Assembly: GCA_004022145.1 (NCBI GenBank)
Contig: RCNU01000005.1
Origin: Paecilomyces variotii
Taxonomy: Eukaryota
Direction: 5' to 3' (one strand)
DNA length: 64,000 nt
Below are positions 26,030 to 39,827 of this stretch, piece after piece (positions within the stretch are counted from its first letter, which is position 1; each line of letters opens with the position of its first letter). A program made the position numbers and the translations under genes. The notes under the pieces were generated by a model. That model saw only the letters and a list, made by a program, of their open reading frames with translations. It made no database searches and was not told the origin of the DNA.

Positions 26030-29000
26030 TAGCATAGGGAATAGAATAAATAACCTACTAGCTAATGCTTACTTAATCTAGAAGAGTAAGGTTTATACTC
26101 TTTTAAATTATATAAGGAGTTATATAATCTTATAAAAATATCTTTAGCATATAGCTTAATCTAAATTTAAGTTCCTTAAGCTATATTTTATTTATTAAGC
26201 TTACTTATAATAGCCTATTTTAGTCTAAATTAGCTAGATAGAGATCTTATAGCTAGTCCTAGTATTAATTATCTTATTCTATTTATTTTAACTTATTCCT
26301 TAAGCTTATATTTTAATATTATATAGCTTCTATCTAGGAGTTAATACTATTAATAATATCTGCCTTAATTTTTTTATTCTTACTAACTATTTTAGGGGAG
26401 TTTATTAAGTATATTATTATTAGCTATAGGCTAAAATAGTATAATTATTATTATCTAGCATATAAATATATTGCTAGGGCTAAGTTATTTATAAATAAAG
26501 CTAGCTAATATATTAAATAGATTAAGGTAAAGTTTTAAAAACTCTAGTAAGAGTTTATAGCTATATAATAAAAGCTTAAATAAGAAAATATTAATCTTAA
26601 GACTATTTAGCAATATTAAGAGATATAGCTTAATAAAAAAAAATAATAATATATTTAGGCTATTTTTAAGAGAGATTAAGCTTACTATATAGCTATTTCT
26701 ACTATAAATATATTTATATTTATATTTAAATTTAAGCTTAGTATTAAGAGACTTATAGCTATTCTAGTAAAAGTATTTAAAATATTTATTATTATATTTT
26801 TCTCTGCCCCTAGATTTTTAAAGAGATTCCTTAATCTAAATAAATTTAAAGATAATTAAAAGGACCTTTAATGCTTTATAGCCTAGATTTAAGGAAAGAT
26901 AATAATTAATTAAAATTAATTCTTAACTTTTTAAAGCTATATAGCCTATATAATTAATTACTTAAAAAATACGCCCTATACTTAAATATTGCTATATATT
27001 AAAAATAAGACTTATATTCTTAATAACTATTAAGAGATTTTAAATATCTTAAAGCATATATTTAATAATCTTAATTATATAAATAATATATATAGTAAAT
27101 TATTTAACCTCTATTAAATTAATAAAGAATTTAGAATTTTTTTTACTAAGTTTTAGCGCCTAGCGCTAAAAAAAGAAATACCTAAAAAAATATTATTTAC
27201 CCTGCTTAAGTAAGTTATTAATTAAGAACTTTAAGGAATATTATTATATAGTTAGCCCTTAAATTATAAGTATTATTAATTTATTAAATTCTTATAAGAC
27301 TTTAAGAACTATTATTGCTAATATATTATAAATTAGCCCCTTATTATAAAGACTTATATTACTGTTTTAAAACTTATTTAGTATATTTAGTCTTTCTTAC
27401 TTATTTTAAGTCTTATCTTAACTATAAGATATAATAATTAGTCTTAGAAAAGCCCTATATAGAAGAGTAAATTAGCCTTAATATAGCTATATAATCTAAT
27501 AGATTTAAGTATTTTTAAATACTTAGGTAAGAGAGAGTATAGCTTATTATATTATAAAACTAGTACTTGCTTCTATTATAGCTCCCTAAAATATTATATT
27601 AAAGATTATTTATACTTAAATAACTGCTAGAAGATTTAGACTATAATTATATATAAATCTTATTCTTAAATTTCTTAGGCAATTTAATTCCTAGACTTAT
27701 ATAATCTATCTCTTAGCTAATCTTTAATAAAAGGAGTAAGCCTAGAGTAAGTTATAGCTAGGCTTAAGAATTATATATTATTTAAATCTTTACTGCTACT
27801 ATTTATAGAATTAATCTTAAAAAATATCTATAATAATTAAAATTAATAATACTATCTATAATATTAGAAAAAAAGAAAAAGAAGATTTACTTACTAATTT
27901 ATGCCCTATTTAATATTAAAACTAAAGGATAAAGATTTATAGACTAAGAATAGGCTAAAGATTAAAAATTAAAGCTTATCCCCCTAAAGAGTTTAATTAT
28001 CCTATATATATTTAATAGAAGAGAACTAAAGGATAAGAAGATTATATACTATATCTAGATAAATATAAGAATTAAAGACTATTTTAAGAAAGATACTAAG
28101 TTCTATATTATTTAACTAGCGTATTATCTTATTATTTTAGAACTTCTCTAATTAAAATACTATAACCTATATTTATAATTTATTACTTATAGTATTATTT
28201 TTAATAGTAATTATTATTAAAAGAATTATAATATACTCTTAAAGCTAATTAAAATACCTGCCCTATATAATATTTTCTTAAAGGCTTTACCCTAATACTT
28301 ACTTCTAAGACCTAAAAAATTAGAAGAGAGAAATATAGCCTTTATTTCTCTAGCTGCCTATTTTATCTATACTTAAAAAAATACTTTAATTTTTATAATT
28401 ACCTTAAAGAACCTAGATATTACTTTAAGGATTAAATAAGTTTAAGAAGAAGACTTTACTTACTTATTACCTAAGAAGTTTAAGAATTATATTAATATCT
28501 TTTCTCCTAAGAAGGCTAAGCACTTATTATTATATTATTTTTATAACTATAATATTAAGCTACTAGAAAAAAAGTTGCTTTCTTTTAGACCCCTATATAT
28601 TATATCTTAAGATAAATTAAAAGTCTTAAAAGAATAGATTAAAAAAAAACTTAAAAAAGAGATTTATTTATTTAAGCTTATTGCCTGCTATATCTCTAAT
28701 TTTATTTATTAAGAAGCCTAGTAGAGAGATATAGATTTATATAGATTATTAAGCTTTAAATATAATAATTATTAAAGACTATTAGACTAATACTCTCTGC
28801 CTTTAATTAAAGAGACTTTAAATAACCTAAAAGGAATAAAGTACTTTATAAAGATTAATATTATTTCTGTGTTTAATAACCTTTATATTAAGAAAGAATA
28901 AGAATACTTAACTATCTTCTATACTTAATTTAGTCTATTTAAATTATTAATAATACTATTTAGCTTAATAAAAGTATTAATAATATTTTAATAGTTTATT

Positions 29001-29625
29001 AATAATACTCTATAAGATTACCTTAATATCTTTTATACTATATATCTTAATAATATCTTAGTATATAGTATAACCTATTCTAAATATATTTAATATATTT
29101 ATGCTATCTTATAGAAGCTATATAAAATAAGCCTATATATAAAAATCTAGAAGTATAAGTTTATTATCTCTAAGACTAAGTTCTTAAGTATTATTATTAG
29201 CTAAGACTATATTAAGATAGATCTAGATAAGGTAAAAATAATTATTAAATAGAAGACTCTAACCTATATAATTAATATATAAGCCTTTATTAGGTTTAGT
29301 AACTTTTATTATCAGTTTATTTATAATTTTTCTAAGATAATTATACTATTTATAAACTTAACTTAAAAGGGAGTTCTCTTTAATTAGATATTTACCTATT
29401 AATCTAGTTTTAAAGCCTTAAAAAAAGCATTTATTTAAGCCCTAATCTTAAAGCTATTTAATTAGACCTATAAGGTTATAATTAAAACTAATTTATCTAA
29501 TTATATATTAGCTAAAGTTATATCCTAATATAATAATAAAGAAATCTTATATTCTATTATATTTTTCTTAAAAAAGCTCTTTACTATAAAGTATAATTAT
29601 AAGATTTATAATAAGGAATTGCTAG
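26030..29625 (+). mobile_element. RIP-degraded Ty3/gypsy element (family B): gag, protease, RT, RNase H; truncated at 29625
   Basis: Zn knuckle CFYYSSLKYYIKDY (~27570), [10 protein letters not shown] (~28790), IYLNNILVYS = YLDDILVYS (~29045), RNase H YNYKIYNKELL cut off by an LTR at 29626. Left end approximate. Confidence 0.85.
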
Positions 29626-29965
29626 TATAATAGGGAAGATTAGTATAAAGAATATAATTAGTTAAGAGATTATATGCTTTTACTTAAAGTCTTTAAAAAG
29701 TCTATAAATAAAGTAGAAGAGGAAGAATACAGTAAGAAGATAATACCTTTTAATTATTTAGAATAAAATAATTAGCTTTTTTTTTTCTATTATTATTTAA
29801 TATTAGTTCAGTATTAGATTATTATTAATTTATTATATTAGTTTATAGCTAAAGCTTTTCTTCTAGCTTTACTTTAAGCTCTAAAGCTAAATACCCTTCT
29901 CTTCCTTCTTAATACTTACTCACTTAAAGACTTTATATTAAGTCTTAATATATCTTTCTATAATA
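29626..29965 (+). repeat. 5' LTR, family A (heavily RIP-mutated)
   Basis: tataatagggaagattag...tatatctttctataata aligns to the other three LTR copies. Confidence 0.9.
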
Positions 29966-32900
29966 AATTAGAGCTAAATATAAAAAATATTAAAATATTA
30001 AGCAAAAATAAGAGAAAAAAAAATTAAAAGCTAAGGTTAAGGCTAAAGCTAAGGAAAGAAATAAAAAATAATAAAAAGATAAATAAAATAGCTAAAAAAG
30101 ATTACTACTATAAATAAAAAGAGATAAATATATCTCTTAAATTAATAGAGATAGCAAATATAATATAAGGCAAAAATATATATTAATAATAAGAGAAAAA
30201 AAAATTATTAAATATAAGAAAAAGCTTAGTAAATATAAAAGAAAAATAAAAATTTAGAAAAAATAAGAAATTATTAAGCAAGAACTATTTATTAAAAAAT
30301 AGAAGAATTTCTTATTATTATCTTTATTACTATTTCTTTAAAAAAATATAAAAAAAAGCACTAATTTTTTTAGTATTAATTAAGATAAAAGGACTTTTAA
30401 CTTCTTAATATCGCTAGGTCTAAAGATATAAATAGCTTAAGTATCTAAAAATATAAGACTACTAATAATATAATTAATCTAGATTATATTAGCTCTATAA
30501 ATACTAATACCTAGAAATCTTAGGGTATTATATTTTAAAGGGGATAATATTATTTATTACCTAAGGCTTTTTAAAAGGTTATATAAGGCAAATTAACTCT
30601 TAAAAAAAAATTAAATAATTTATAGATTATTATAGCCTATTAATATTATTATAGATAAATACTTAATCTAAATATAAAAAGAAAAATTATTTAAAATTAG
30701 TAGAAGCAATTAAATAAGAGTATACTTACTATAATAAATATTAAAGGAAATATAATATTTAATAGCTAAAAAGGTTTAAAAATATAAAATATAATAGCTT
30801 TAAAGATCTAAAAGAGTATAATTAAGAATATTAAACTATATTAAAAGCATTAATAATTTTAAATAAGTTAAGCCGATACTTATAAGAAGTTTAGTATCTT
30901 TAAGGACTTTTAGAAGAGCTTAAGTAATAAATAATTTAAGAATTAAATATAGACTATTATACTTTATTTACTATTAAATATATTAATTTTTATAAGAAGA
31001 TAATAAATAAGGTAAAAATAATTAAAACCTTTTATTATCTTAACAATAATAAACTAGAGAAAGATTAAGATATAATAATTTTAATAAAAAAAAAGGTAAT
31101 TAAAAAAAATAATATATAACTTCTTATTAAATCTAATAAAACTTACTTAAATAAAAATAAGAATAAGATTAAATAATAGAGCATTAAAATAAAGTTAATA
31201 AAGCAGTTATAAACTAATTAGTTAATAAAAAAGTTTAAGAAGTTAAAACTATATAATATATAATATATAAGGAGGCTTAATAATAGCATACTTAATGCTA
31301 GTATAAATATATAAGCTAGGGTATCTTTAGGATTTAACTTAACTAAAAGATTTAAAATATTTCTAAACTTATATAACTTTTACTGGGCTCTTAATTATAT
31401 TTAATCTTATTATTTAAAATTAAAAAGCCTCTTAAATTAAAAGCTTATTTATTAGAGAAAAGATTATAAATTTTATTTTAAGCTAAAAGAATAGAATAGA
31501 GAAGTTATTTATCTTATATAAAAGAATATATTATAAAAAGAAATTATTAAATAGAGACTAAAGGAAGAATAAAAAAATATTAGCTTAATTAAGTATAATA
31601 TTTAGTTAATTATATTAAGATAGCCTAGAGATAACTTAAGCTTTAAAAAAGAAGCTAAGGATATTATAAAAAATTACTACTCTATTAATATAATAAGATT
31701 AAATAAGCTTTAAAAAATAAAAAAAAAGATAAAGCAGGATTAAATAATTATATAAAAAAAAAACTATAAAAAGTAATTAAATAAGAATAGAGATTTCCTT
31801 TAATTAAGATAAACTAATTTAATAATTATTAGCCTTTAAATATAATTAAAAAAGTAAAGATAGTTAAAAAAAAATAAAAAATATACCTAAGCAGAATAAG
31901 GATAAAAAAATTATTAAAATAAAAGAAAAATAGAAGTTAAAGAAGTTTAAAATTATAGATAAGTTAAAAGGGACTACTAATATAATAGAGATTATAAACT
32001 AGATATTATATACTAGAGTTTAAATATTAATTTAGGACCTTATTAGTCTATCTCCTAATTTATATAAGGCCTTATTTACCTTATAACTATAGTAGGTAAT
32101 AATAAAGATAATATTTTATAATATTAAAGGAGTATAGTTTAATATCTCTATATTAAATATAGAATATATAATAAACAGTATAGATTAATATACTTATATA
32201 TTCTTATAATTTAAGCCTCTTAATAAAGATAAGGTATTATATGTAGCTATAACTCTAAAGTTACTAATTAAAATTAATAATTATAAAGAAATATAAAATA
32301 TTATAGTAAATAGTAGAGCTAAAATTAATATAATATATAGAGATATAGCAAATTACTATAAACTTATTATAAGCTAGAAATTTAGAGGTAATATAATATT
32401 AATAGATAATAAGCAGACCCCTTTATAAGTCTTTATAAAGAAATACTTATATAGATAAAATCTTTTTATTATAAGGTTTTTTTCTTTATAATAAATAATA
32501 AGATTAACTATAATTATATTCTAGGATAGCCTTTTAAGTATTAAGCATATTTATAGTATATTACTCTATTAGATAAAATAATAAAAAATATAATTTACTC
32601 TATAAACTAAAAGAATTAAGCTATTATTTAGGTATTTTTAATAAATAACTTAAGAAATAAATTAAGAGAAGAAATATTATATAATTTATTATCCCAGATA
32701 TAAGAATTATTAAACTAGAGCTAGAAAAGAATAATAGGCACTAGACTAAGAATAAAGAAGGCTTATAGGAGCTATACTTAATAAATAATATTAATTTTAA
32801 AGCAAGCGAGAAAATTAAAAGTAAAGAGATAGAAATATTTAAACCTATTAAATTAAATAAAGGAATTAAAAAATTATAAGAATATAGACTATTTAAAAGA

Positions 32901-35900
32901 TATAACCTTTTTACTATAAAAATAAAATATTTTATTAATATATAATATAAGAAGAAATATAAAAAGATTTATTTAATAAATATATTAAACAGACCTATAA
33001 TAGCTTTAAGAGGGTTATTAAAATAAAAAAAATTATTAGGGAGTATTATTATAGGAACCCTTAAAGAAGTATAAAAAAAATATATAGAGGATTTACTAAA
33101 TATATCTAGCTAAAGATATTAAATATTAGGAGAAGAATAAGATTAATATTAGACTATCTAAAGAATCTTATTATAAGTAATAATTTATAGCTAAAAGAGA
33201 AAAAACTATTAATAAAAATGCTTTTCGCCTAAAAAGTAGTCTTTATCTAAATTTTTAAAGAGATTAGATAAATGCGCCTAAAAGTTATATTTCTAATTAT
33301 TATTTAAACTATAGATTATAAACTATAGCAAATAAAAAGCTTTCTAGTATTAAAGGCACTTTATAATATAGTATAAAGAATAATAAAAAAGAGGATAAAT
33401 ATAGGGATCCTTAAATATAGTTAAAGACCCTACCAAAATCTATAATTCTTAATAAAAAAGAAAAATAATAAATATTGGCTAATTAATGCAGTTATAAAAG
33501 TTAATTAAATAATAATATAAGATATTAATCTGCCCCCTTTAGCTAATAAGTTCTTAGAAGAGTTTAGTAGAATATTAGTATCAATATTTATAGACTTGTT
33601 TTCTAGATATAATTAGTTAGAATTAGCTAAAGAATTACAGGACTTAATAGCTTTCTATATGCTAGAGATTAGTTTAATTTATTAAGCTAAATTACCCTAA
33701 GGATAGATAAATATAGTACAGGAATTTATATAAAGAATTATAAGAGTATTAGTAGATAATATTTCTAATATCTATAATATATTTCTAGATAATATGCTGA
33801 TATAAGGACCTAAGACTAATTATAGGGGGGAAGAGATACTGCTGGGAATTAGAAGATTTATATTTAAATATATTTAGAATATTAATAAGGTATTATACAG
33901 TCTTAAACTTGCAGGTTTAATAATTATTAGGGAGAAATTATAATTTATAATATTAAGAATTAAAATAGTAGGCTATATATATAATACTAAGGGGAGATAT
34001 CCTAAATTAGCTAAGATAATTAAGATTTTAGAGTAGCTACTTTATTAAAATTTATAAAAAATAAGAGGATTTCTAAGAGTTATAGCCTATTACTAAATAT
34101 AGATTAAAGAATATATTACTAAAGCTGAGCCAATATACTTAATATTAAGGAAGGGATAAGACTTCCTTTAAGGGCTAAAATAATAAAAAATAATAAATAC
34201 TTTAAAAATAGCCCTAATAATAGTACTGGCATTTAAGCCAATTAATTATAGAGAGAGAGGCATAATTATTATTAATATTAATGCTAGTAATAGTAAATAG
34301 GGGGCTTAACTTATTTAAAAAAAAAAAGGAGTTTAATAAGAGACACCCAGCTAGATATAAAAGTGGAGTATAAATATAAATAGAGAGGCAATATAATAAA
34401 GGAAAGCTAGAGTATAGGGCAGTATTAAAAATGTTTTATAAATTTTAAATATATTTATATAGTATATACTTTTAATTAGAGGTAGATATAAAAACTCTAA
34501 TAATATAATTAAATAGGATAGCTATAGACCTCCTTAAGTTAATAATTATTTAGTAGATTGCTTAGATTTAGCTATTTAACTTTAATATTATTTATATATT
34601 AGGGAAAAAAAACTTAGTTATAAATAGGTTATTTTAAAAGCTAATAATAGAGCAAGATCTAGAAGAGGCAAAAGATAATAATATAAAAAAATTCTTAGAC
34701 CTATAATTTTATATAGTTTATTATATTAGTATATAAGAGGTAGAATTAAATAGTACCCCTTAATTAATACCTATATTATATTAGTCAGAAAAGTCTTTAT
34801 TAATTATAGAATAATTATAAACTATAATAAAACTAGATAATATAAATAGAGGATAATATGCTAAGTTTAAGAAAGAGACCCTAAAATATATAGTCTAAGA
34901 TAGTGTGCTTTTTTAGAGAGTATAATAAAATCAGCCTTATTATATAGTTATTAATAATAAGAAAAAATAAAAAGAAATTCTTATAGCTTTTTATAAAAAG
35001 TATAAATATTATAAATATAAAGTAATCTATTAAAAGGTGGCTAATTAATATTAATAAAAAGGCTTATATAAATATATTATTAGATAGATAAAGATATATA
35101 ATAAATGCTAGAAAGCAGATAAAGAATATATAAAAAAAGCTTTATAATTAATATTTATTCTATTAAAAAGATTAAAGCTATATCTAGATATTTATAAGAT
35201 TATACTGCCTAATAAGAGAAAGACTTATATTATAGTATTTTAGGATAACTTTAGCTAAGTTAAATATAAAATCCTTAGCAGCCTTACTTTAGGAGCTATT
35301 GTTAAATTTTTATAAGAAGACTAGATTTATTATTAGGGAATAATAGAGACTTTTATTAATAATAAAAGACTAGAGAATAAAACTATAGTTAATATATTAA
35401 TATAGAAGTATAAGATTAATTATATTAAAGTCTTACTATATAATTTATAAATAAATAGAGCAGTTAAAGTTATATATAAATCTTTTATATATAGTATTAA
35501 AAAACTTGTAAAAAGAATAAGAATAAATTAAGTAAATTATTTACTAGTAATAATTTAAATAAATAAGAATATAGTTAAGATCTTTATAGGCTTAATATTA
35601 TTTAGAGTAATTATAGGATATAATACTATATTACTAATTAAACTAAAAATGCCTATCTAAAAGATTTTAATATAGAATAAGGTTAGGACTATAGAAGATC
35701 TTCTACTCCTTTATATATAATAGATAGAGCTCTAAGATTAAGATATAGAAAAGGCCTAATTTTATATTTAATATATAAAAAAAGCTAGTAAAGAAATCTT
35801 TAATAATAAAAAATAGCTCTGCGAAGAATAACTAATAGAAAAATAATTTATTTTATTTTATAATATAAAGCTTAAGATATTTTATTTTATAAAACTAATA

Positions 35901-36699
35901 TACTGCTAGCTTAGATTATATAAGATTAAAAAAATCTTTAAGAAAAGATCTTATAAGCTTAAGAAGTTAGATAGTATATCTTTTAGGGACCTAATTTATA
36001 AAAATTATTTAAAAGGCTATTATTTATAAGAGGATTAAAATAAAATACTAATTATAAATAATAATATAATATTTAAATAAAAAAATTAGCAATTAAGTAA
36101 TAATAATAATAATATAGACTAGATATTATCTAGATCAGAATATATAGTTATAGTCTTAATATCCTCCTTCTAAAAATATTAGCTTAAAAAGAGAGAAGTA
36201 AAAAGCTAATAATAAAATAAGTTTAATACTAAGCAAAAATACTATAATAGGAAGAAAAGGAGAATAAACTTAAGATAAGGGCGTCTTTTTTTAGGGAAAA
36301 AAAGGATTTAAAAATGCCTAAAGATAATTAAGAAAAAAGAAAAAGAGAGATAATTAAAAAATATATGATATTAGCTTAAATATCTTAAAAAAGTCTATAA
36401 ATAAAGCCAAAAACAGAAAATATTAGATAAAAAATATAAATAATAAATAAAGAATTCTTACCTTATTATAAAAACCTTATTTTTTATATTATATAATATT
36501 ATAGCAAAAATAACTAGAGACTAAATTAAGCTAAACTTAACTCTATCTTACCTTTTAAATATATCTTTTTACTCAGAAATTATTTCAAAGAATTATTTTA
36601 TAAAGATATATATTAAAAATAAAAAAAAATATATTAAAAATATAAAATATTATCTATTAAGATAAAGCTCTTTAACTTAAAATATATATATATACTATA

Positions 36700-39440
36700 G
36701 TTAGCAAAATTTATAAGCTTATAAAGGAGATAATAAATAAGGCTAATAATAAAAAAGAAAAGGTTTAGTTTATAAATAATATAGCAATAATTATTTTAAA
36801 TTTTTAAAGCAGGCATAATAAAATAGCCAGTAATTTTTATAATTTTTTAAATTAATAAGAGCTATTAAAAGAAGTAAGAAAGAAAAAAGTGCTAGCTATT
36901 AATAAGCTAAAAAAATTAAAAATATAAGCAGAAAAGAACTATAAATATATTAATAAAGATTATTATAAAGTTATAAAGAAATAGGGCTAGGAGACTATAG
37001 ATTAAGTCTTATTAATTATTAAAAAATTATACTAGATCTTAGTAACTATAAGAGGATTAGCTTTTAATATTAGAGACTAGAAAATAGCGGCTATATATCT
37101 AGCAAGAGTATAAATTAATAGACTTTATAATATTAAGAAATAAGGAATATTAACTAAAAAAAGCCTTTAATTAACTAATATTAAAAAGATAAGAGATATT
37201 TTAAGAAAAGCCCTTAGTAGAGAAGGACTAATTCTTTAAAAGCTTATTAATAAAGAGCTATAAAAGGTTAAAATAAGAGTAAAGAAAAATAATCTTTTAG
37301 AGGAAATTATAGGAGAAAAAGAAGAATATTAAATAAAAAATTTAAATAAGAGCTTATTAATAGATCTAATATTAGATAAAGGAGAGGAAAATATAAAGGA
37401 AGAGGAAAAAAAAAAAAAGAGGATTAAGAGTCTTAAAAAGCTAAAAGGGGAAAAAAAGCTTAAGATTTAAAATAAAAAGAAATAGCTAAAAAAAAGATAT
37501 AAATATAAGATTAGTATATCTATATTAATAAAAAAGGCTATTATTAATTTAGAAGGCAAAAAAGTATTAAAATTTTTAAAAAAAAAAAGGATTAAACCAG
37601 CCGCTATATATTAAGTTTATATTAAAAAAGTATAAAATATAATAGGACTAAGAAGTATAAAAAATAATATTTTTAAAAAAAGATTAAAAATACTTATAGA
37701 TAGTAATAATAATCTTAAATCTTAGAATATTAATATAAACTACTGGAAATAGTTTTAATAGAGATAGAGATTTAATACTAATCTTAAAAATTATTATTGC
37801 CTAGATAAGAAGAAAATTAAAGTATAGTCTTAGCTAAGTAAATTAAATATAAATATTAAGGAGGTTAAAGAAGTCTTATAATAGATTAATTTTAGAAAGA
37901 TTAACTTAATCTGCGAGCTTTATATATAATTATTAGCTAATATAATTAATATAAAGAAGGATATATCTATAAAAGAAGCTAGAAGAGTATTAAAAGTAAT
38001 AAGAAATATAAAGCTAGCAATAGTAAAATAATAAAAAAAGGGACTATTTAAAGTAATAACTTATCCTTATAGAAGTTTATTTAAAGAAACTAAATAATCT
38101 ATAAGTAAAACCTCTAAAGATAAATAAGTAATAAAATCTCTTAATAGAGCCTTAAAAACTAATATAAAACCCTCTTTTTCTATAATAAACCTAAAAGACC
38201 CCTTTATTAAAAAAAAAATTAAATACTTAAAAAATATGCAGAATACTAGAATTATATAGTTTAAAGATAATATAGAGGCTAAGCAGATGCCAGATATACT
38301 TAATAATAGCTAGATTAAAGGAAGAATAAAGAGTCTTATTCTAGGAAGTCCTAAAAATATAAAAGATAAAGATAATATAAAAATTAAAAAATCCTTATTT
38401 AAAGACTTTCTCCCTAAGAAATTCCTAATATTAAGAATAGTTTAACTATTTAGAGATCTTGGGTTAATTAATATAAATACTTCTAATAATATACTAAGTA
38501 GCTTATACTATAAAGTCTGAGATAATCTATATAGGGCTAAAGAGTATCCCAAATCTAAATATAGGGATAAAAAATATTTTAACCTAAGTAAAAAAGACTT
38601 CACCCTAAATAAGATATAGGACTAATATATTTAGTTAAGAATTATAATAAGGGAGAACTTTAACTATTAGGAAATAAATAGGGTTTTTTAAATTATGCCC
38701 TTTAAAAGGAAATTAGTAAAAAGAATATTATAATATACTACTATAAAAGTAAAAATAGCCCTTTATTATAAGAAGGAGGGTAAAGGAATAATAGGGTTTA
38801 AAAACTTATCTAAAAATATTCTCTAGAAGATTATTATATAAAATATCTAGATCTATTTAATCTAATTAGCGCTATATAGTTATAATAAATATAGGCTGCA
38901 GGTCTAATATTTTAGGGGATATAAGCTAAAAGTATTAAATATAGAGACTGCTATCCCTAAGGAAAGAATAGGCTAAAGCTTTATAGCCCTAAGAACTAGA
39001 CTAATTATTAGAGATAAATCCAAAAAAACTATAGGCTTAAGAGATATTATACTTAGGCAAAGAGAAATAACCTTTATTAGTAATTTATATCAGCTAATAC
39101 TAAAGAATTAGAGAATAAATCTTAATAATATCTGTTATTTTAATTATAGGGAGCAAGATAAGATAAAATCTAATTAAGGAAAATCTGGGCCTTTTAATAT
39201 TTAGGTAAATAGAGTTATAGCTATAGGTAGAGCAATACTTAATCAGCTAAATTAAAATTACTTAAAAGTTAAAATAGAGCTATACTTTATACTAAAGCAA
39301 GATATATTATTAATTTAAGATTATCTATAAAAGAAAGAAACTCAGCTTTATAAATTAGAGATTTTAAGATATATATAATACTAGAAATTAGAGTATTCCT
39401 GCTTTAAAAATAATTTATAATATTAAAAGGAGGAGATAAT
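36700..39440 (+). pseudogene. RIP-inactivated ~900-codon extra ORF (ORF3) inside the family A element
   Basis: One reading frame (+1) gives protein-like text from ~36721 to ~39440, with stops consistent with RIP of TGG/CAG/CAA/CGA codons. It lies between the end of pol (~36170) and the PPT. Confidence 0.65.
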
Positions 39441-39501
39441 ATAGACTATAATAACTAAAGAAAATAAATAGGGGTATCTACTCTTAAAGGAGAAGAGGCT
39501 A

Positions 39502-39827
39502 TATAATAGGGAGGATTAGTATAAAGAATATAATTAGTTAAGAGGTTATATATTTTTACTTAAAGTCTTTAAAAAGTCTATAAGTAAAGCAGGAGAAGAG
39601 AGATAATATCTTTTAATTATTTAGAATAAAATAATTAGCTTTTCCTTTCTATTATTATTTAATATCAGTTTAATATTAGATTATTATTAGTTTACTATAT
39701 CAGTCTATAGCTAAAGCTTCTCCTCTAGCTCTACTTTAAGCTCTAAAACTAAATACCCTTCTCTTCTTTCTCAATACCTACTCGCTTAAAGACTTTATGC
39801 TAAGTCTTAATATATCTTCCTACAACA
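39502..39827 (+). repeat. 3' LTR, family A
   Basis: tataatagggaggattag...cttcctacaaca, preceded by the PPT, with the terminal CA retained. Confidence 0.92.

Larger units (their letters stand above)
29626..39827 (+). mobile_element. Ty3/gypsy element (family A, possibly Ylt1-like), LTR-gag-pol-ORF3-LTR, RIP-degraded
   Basis: LTRs 29626..29965 and 39502..39827; Zn knuckle YNFYWALNYI*SYY (~31375); protease VNSRAKIN = VDSGAEIN (~32305); RT FLDNMLI*GPK (~33782); RNase H INASN (~34280); integrase NKRLENK = DGGPENK (~35360); PPT AAGGAGAAGAGG at 39487. Confidence 0.9.
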
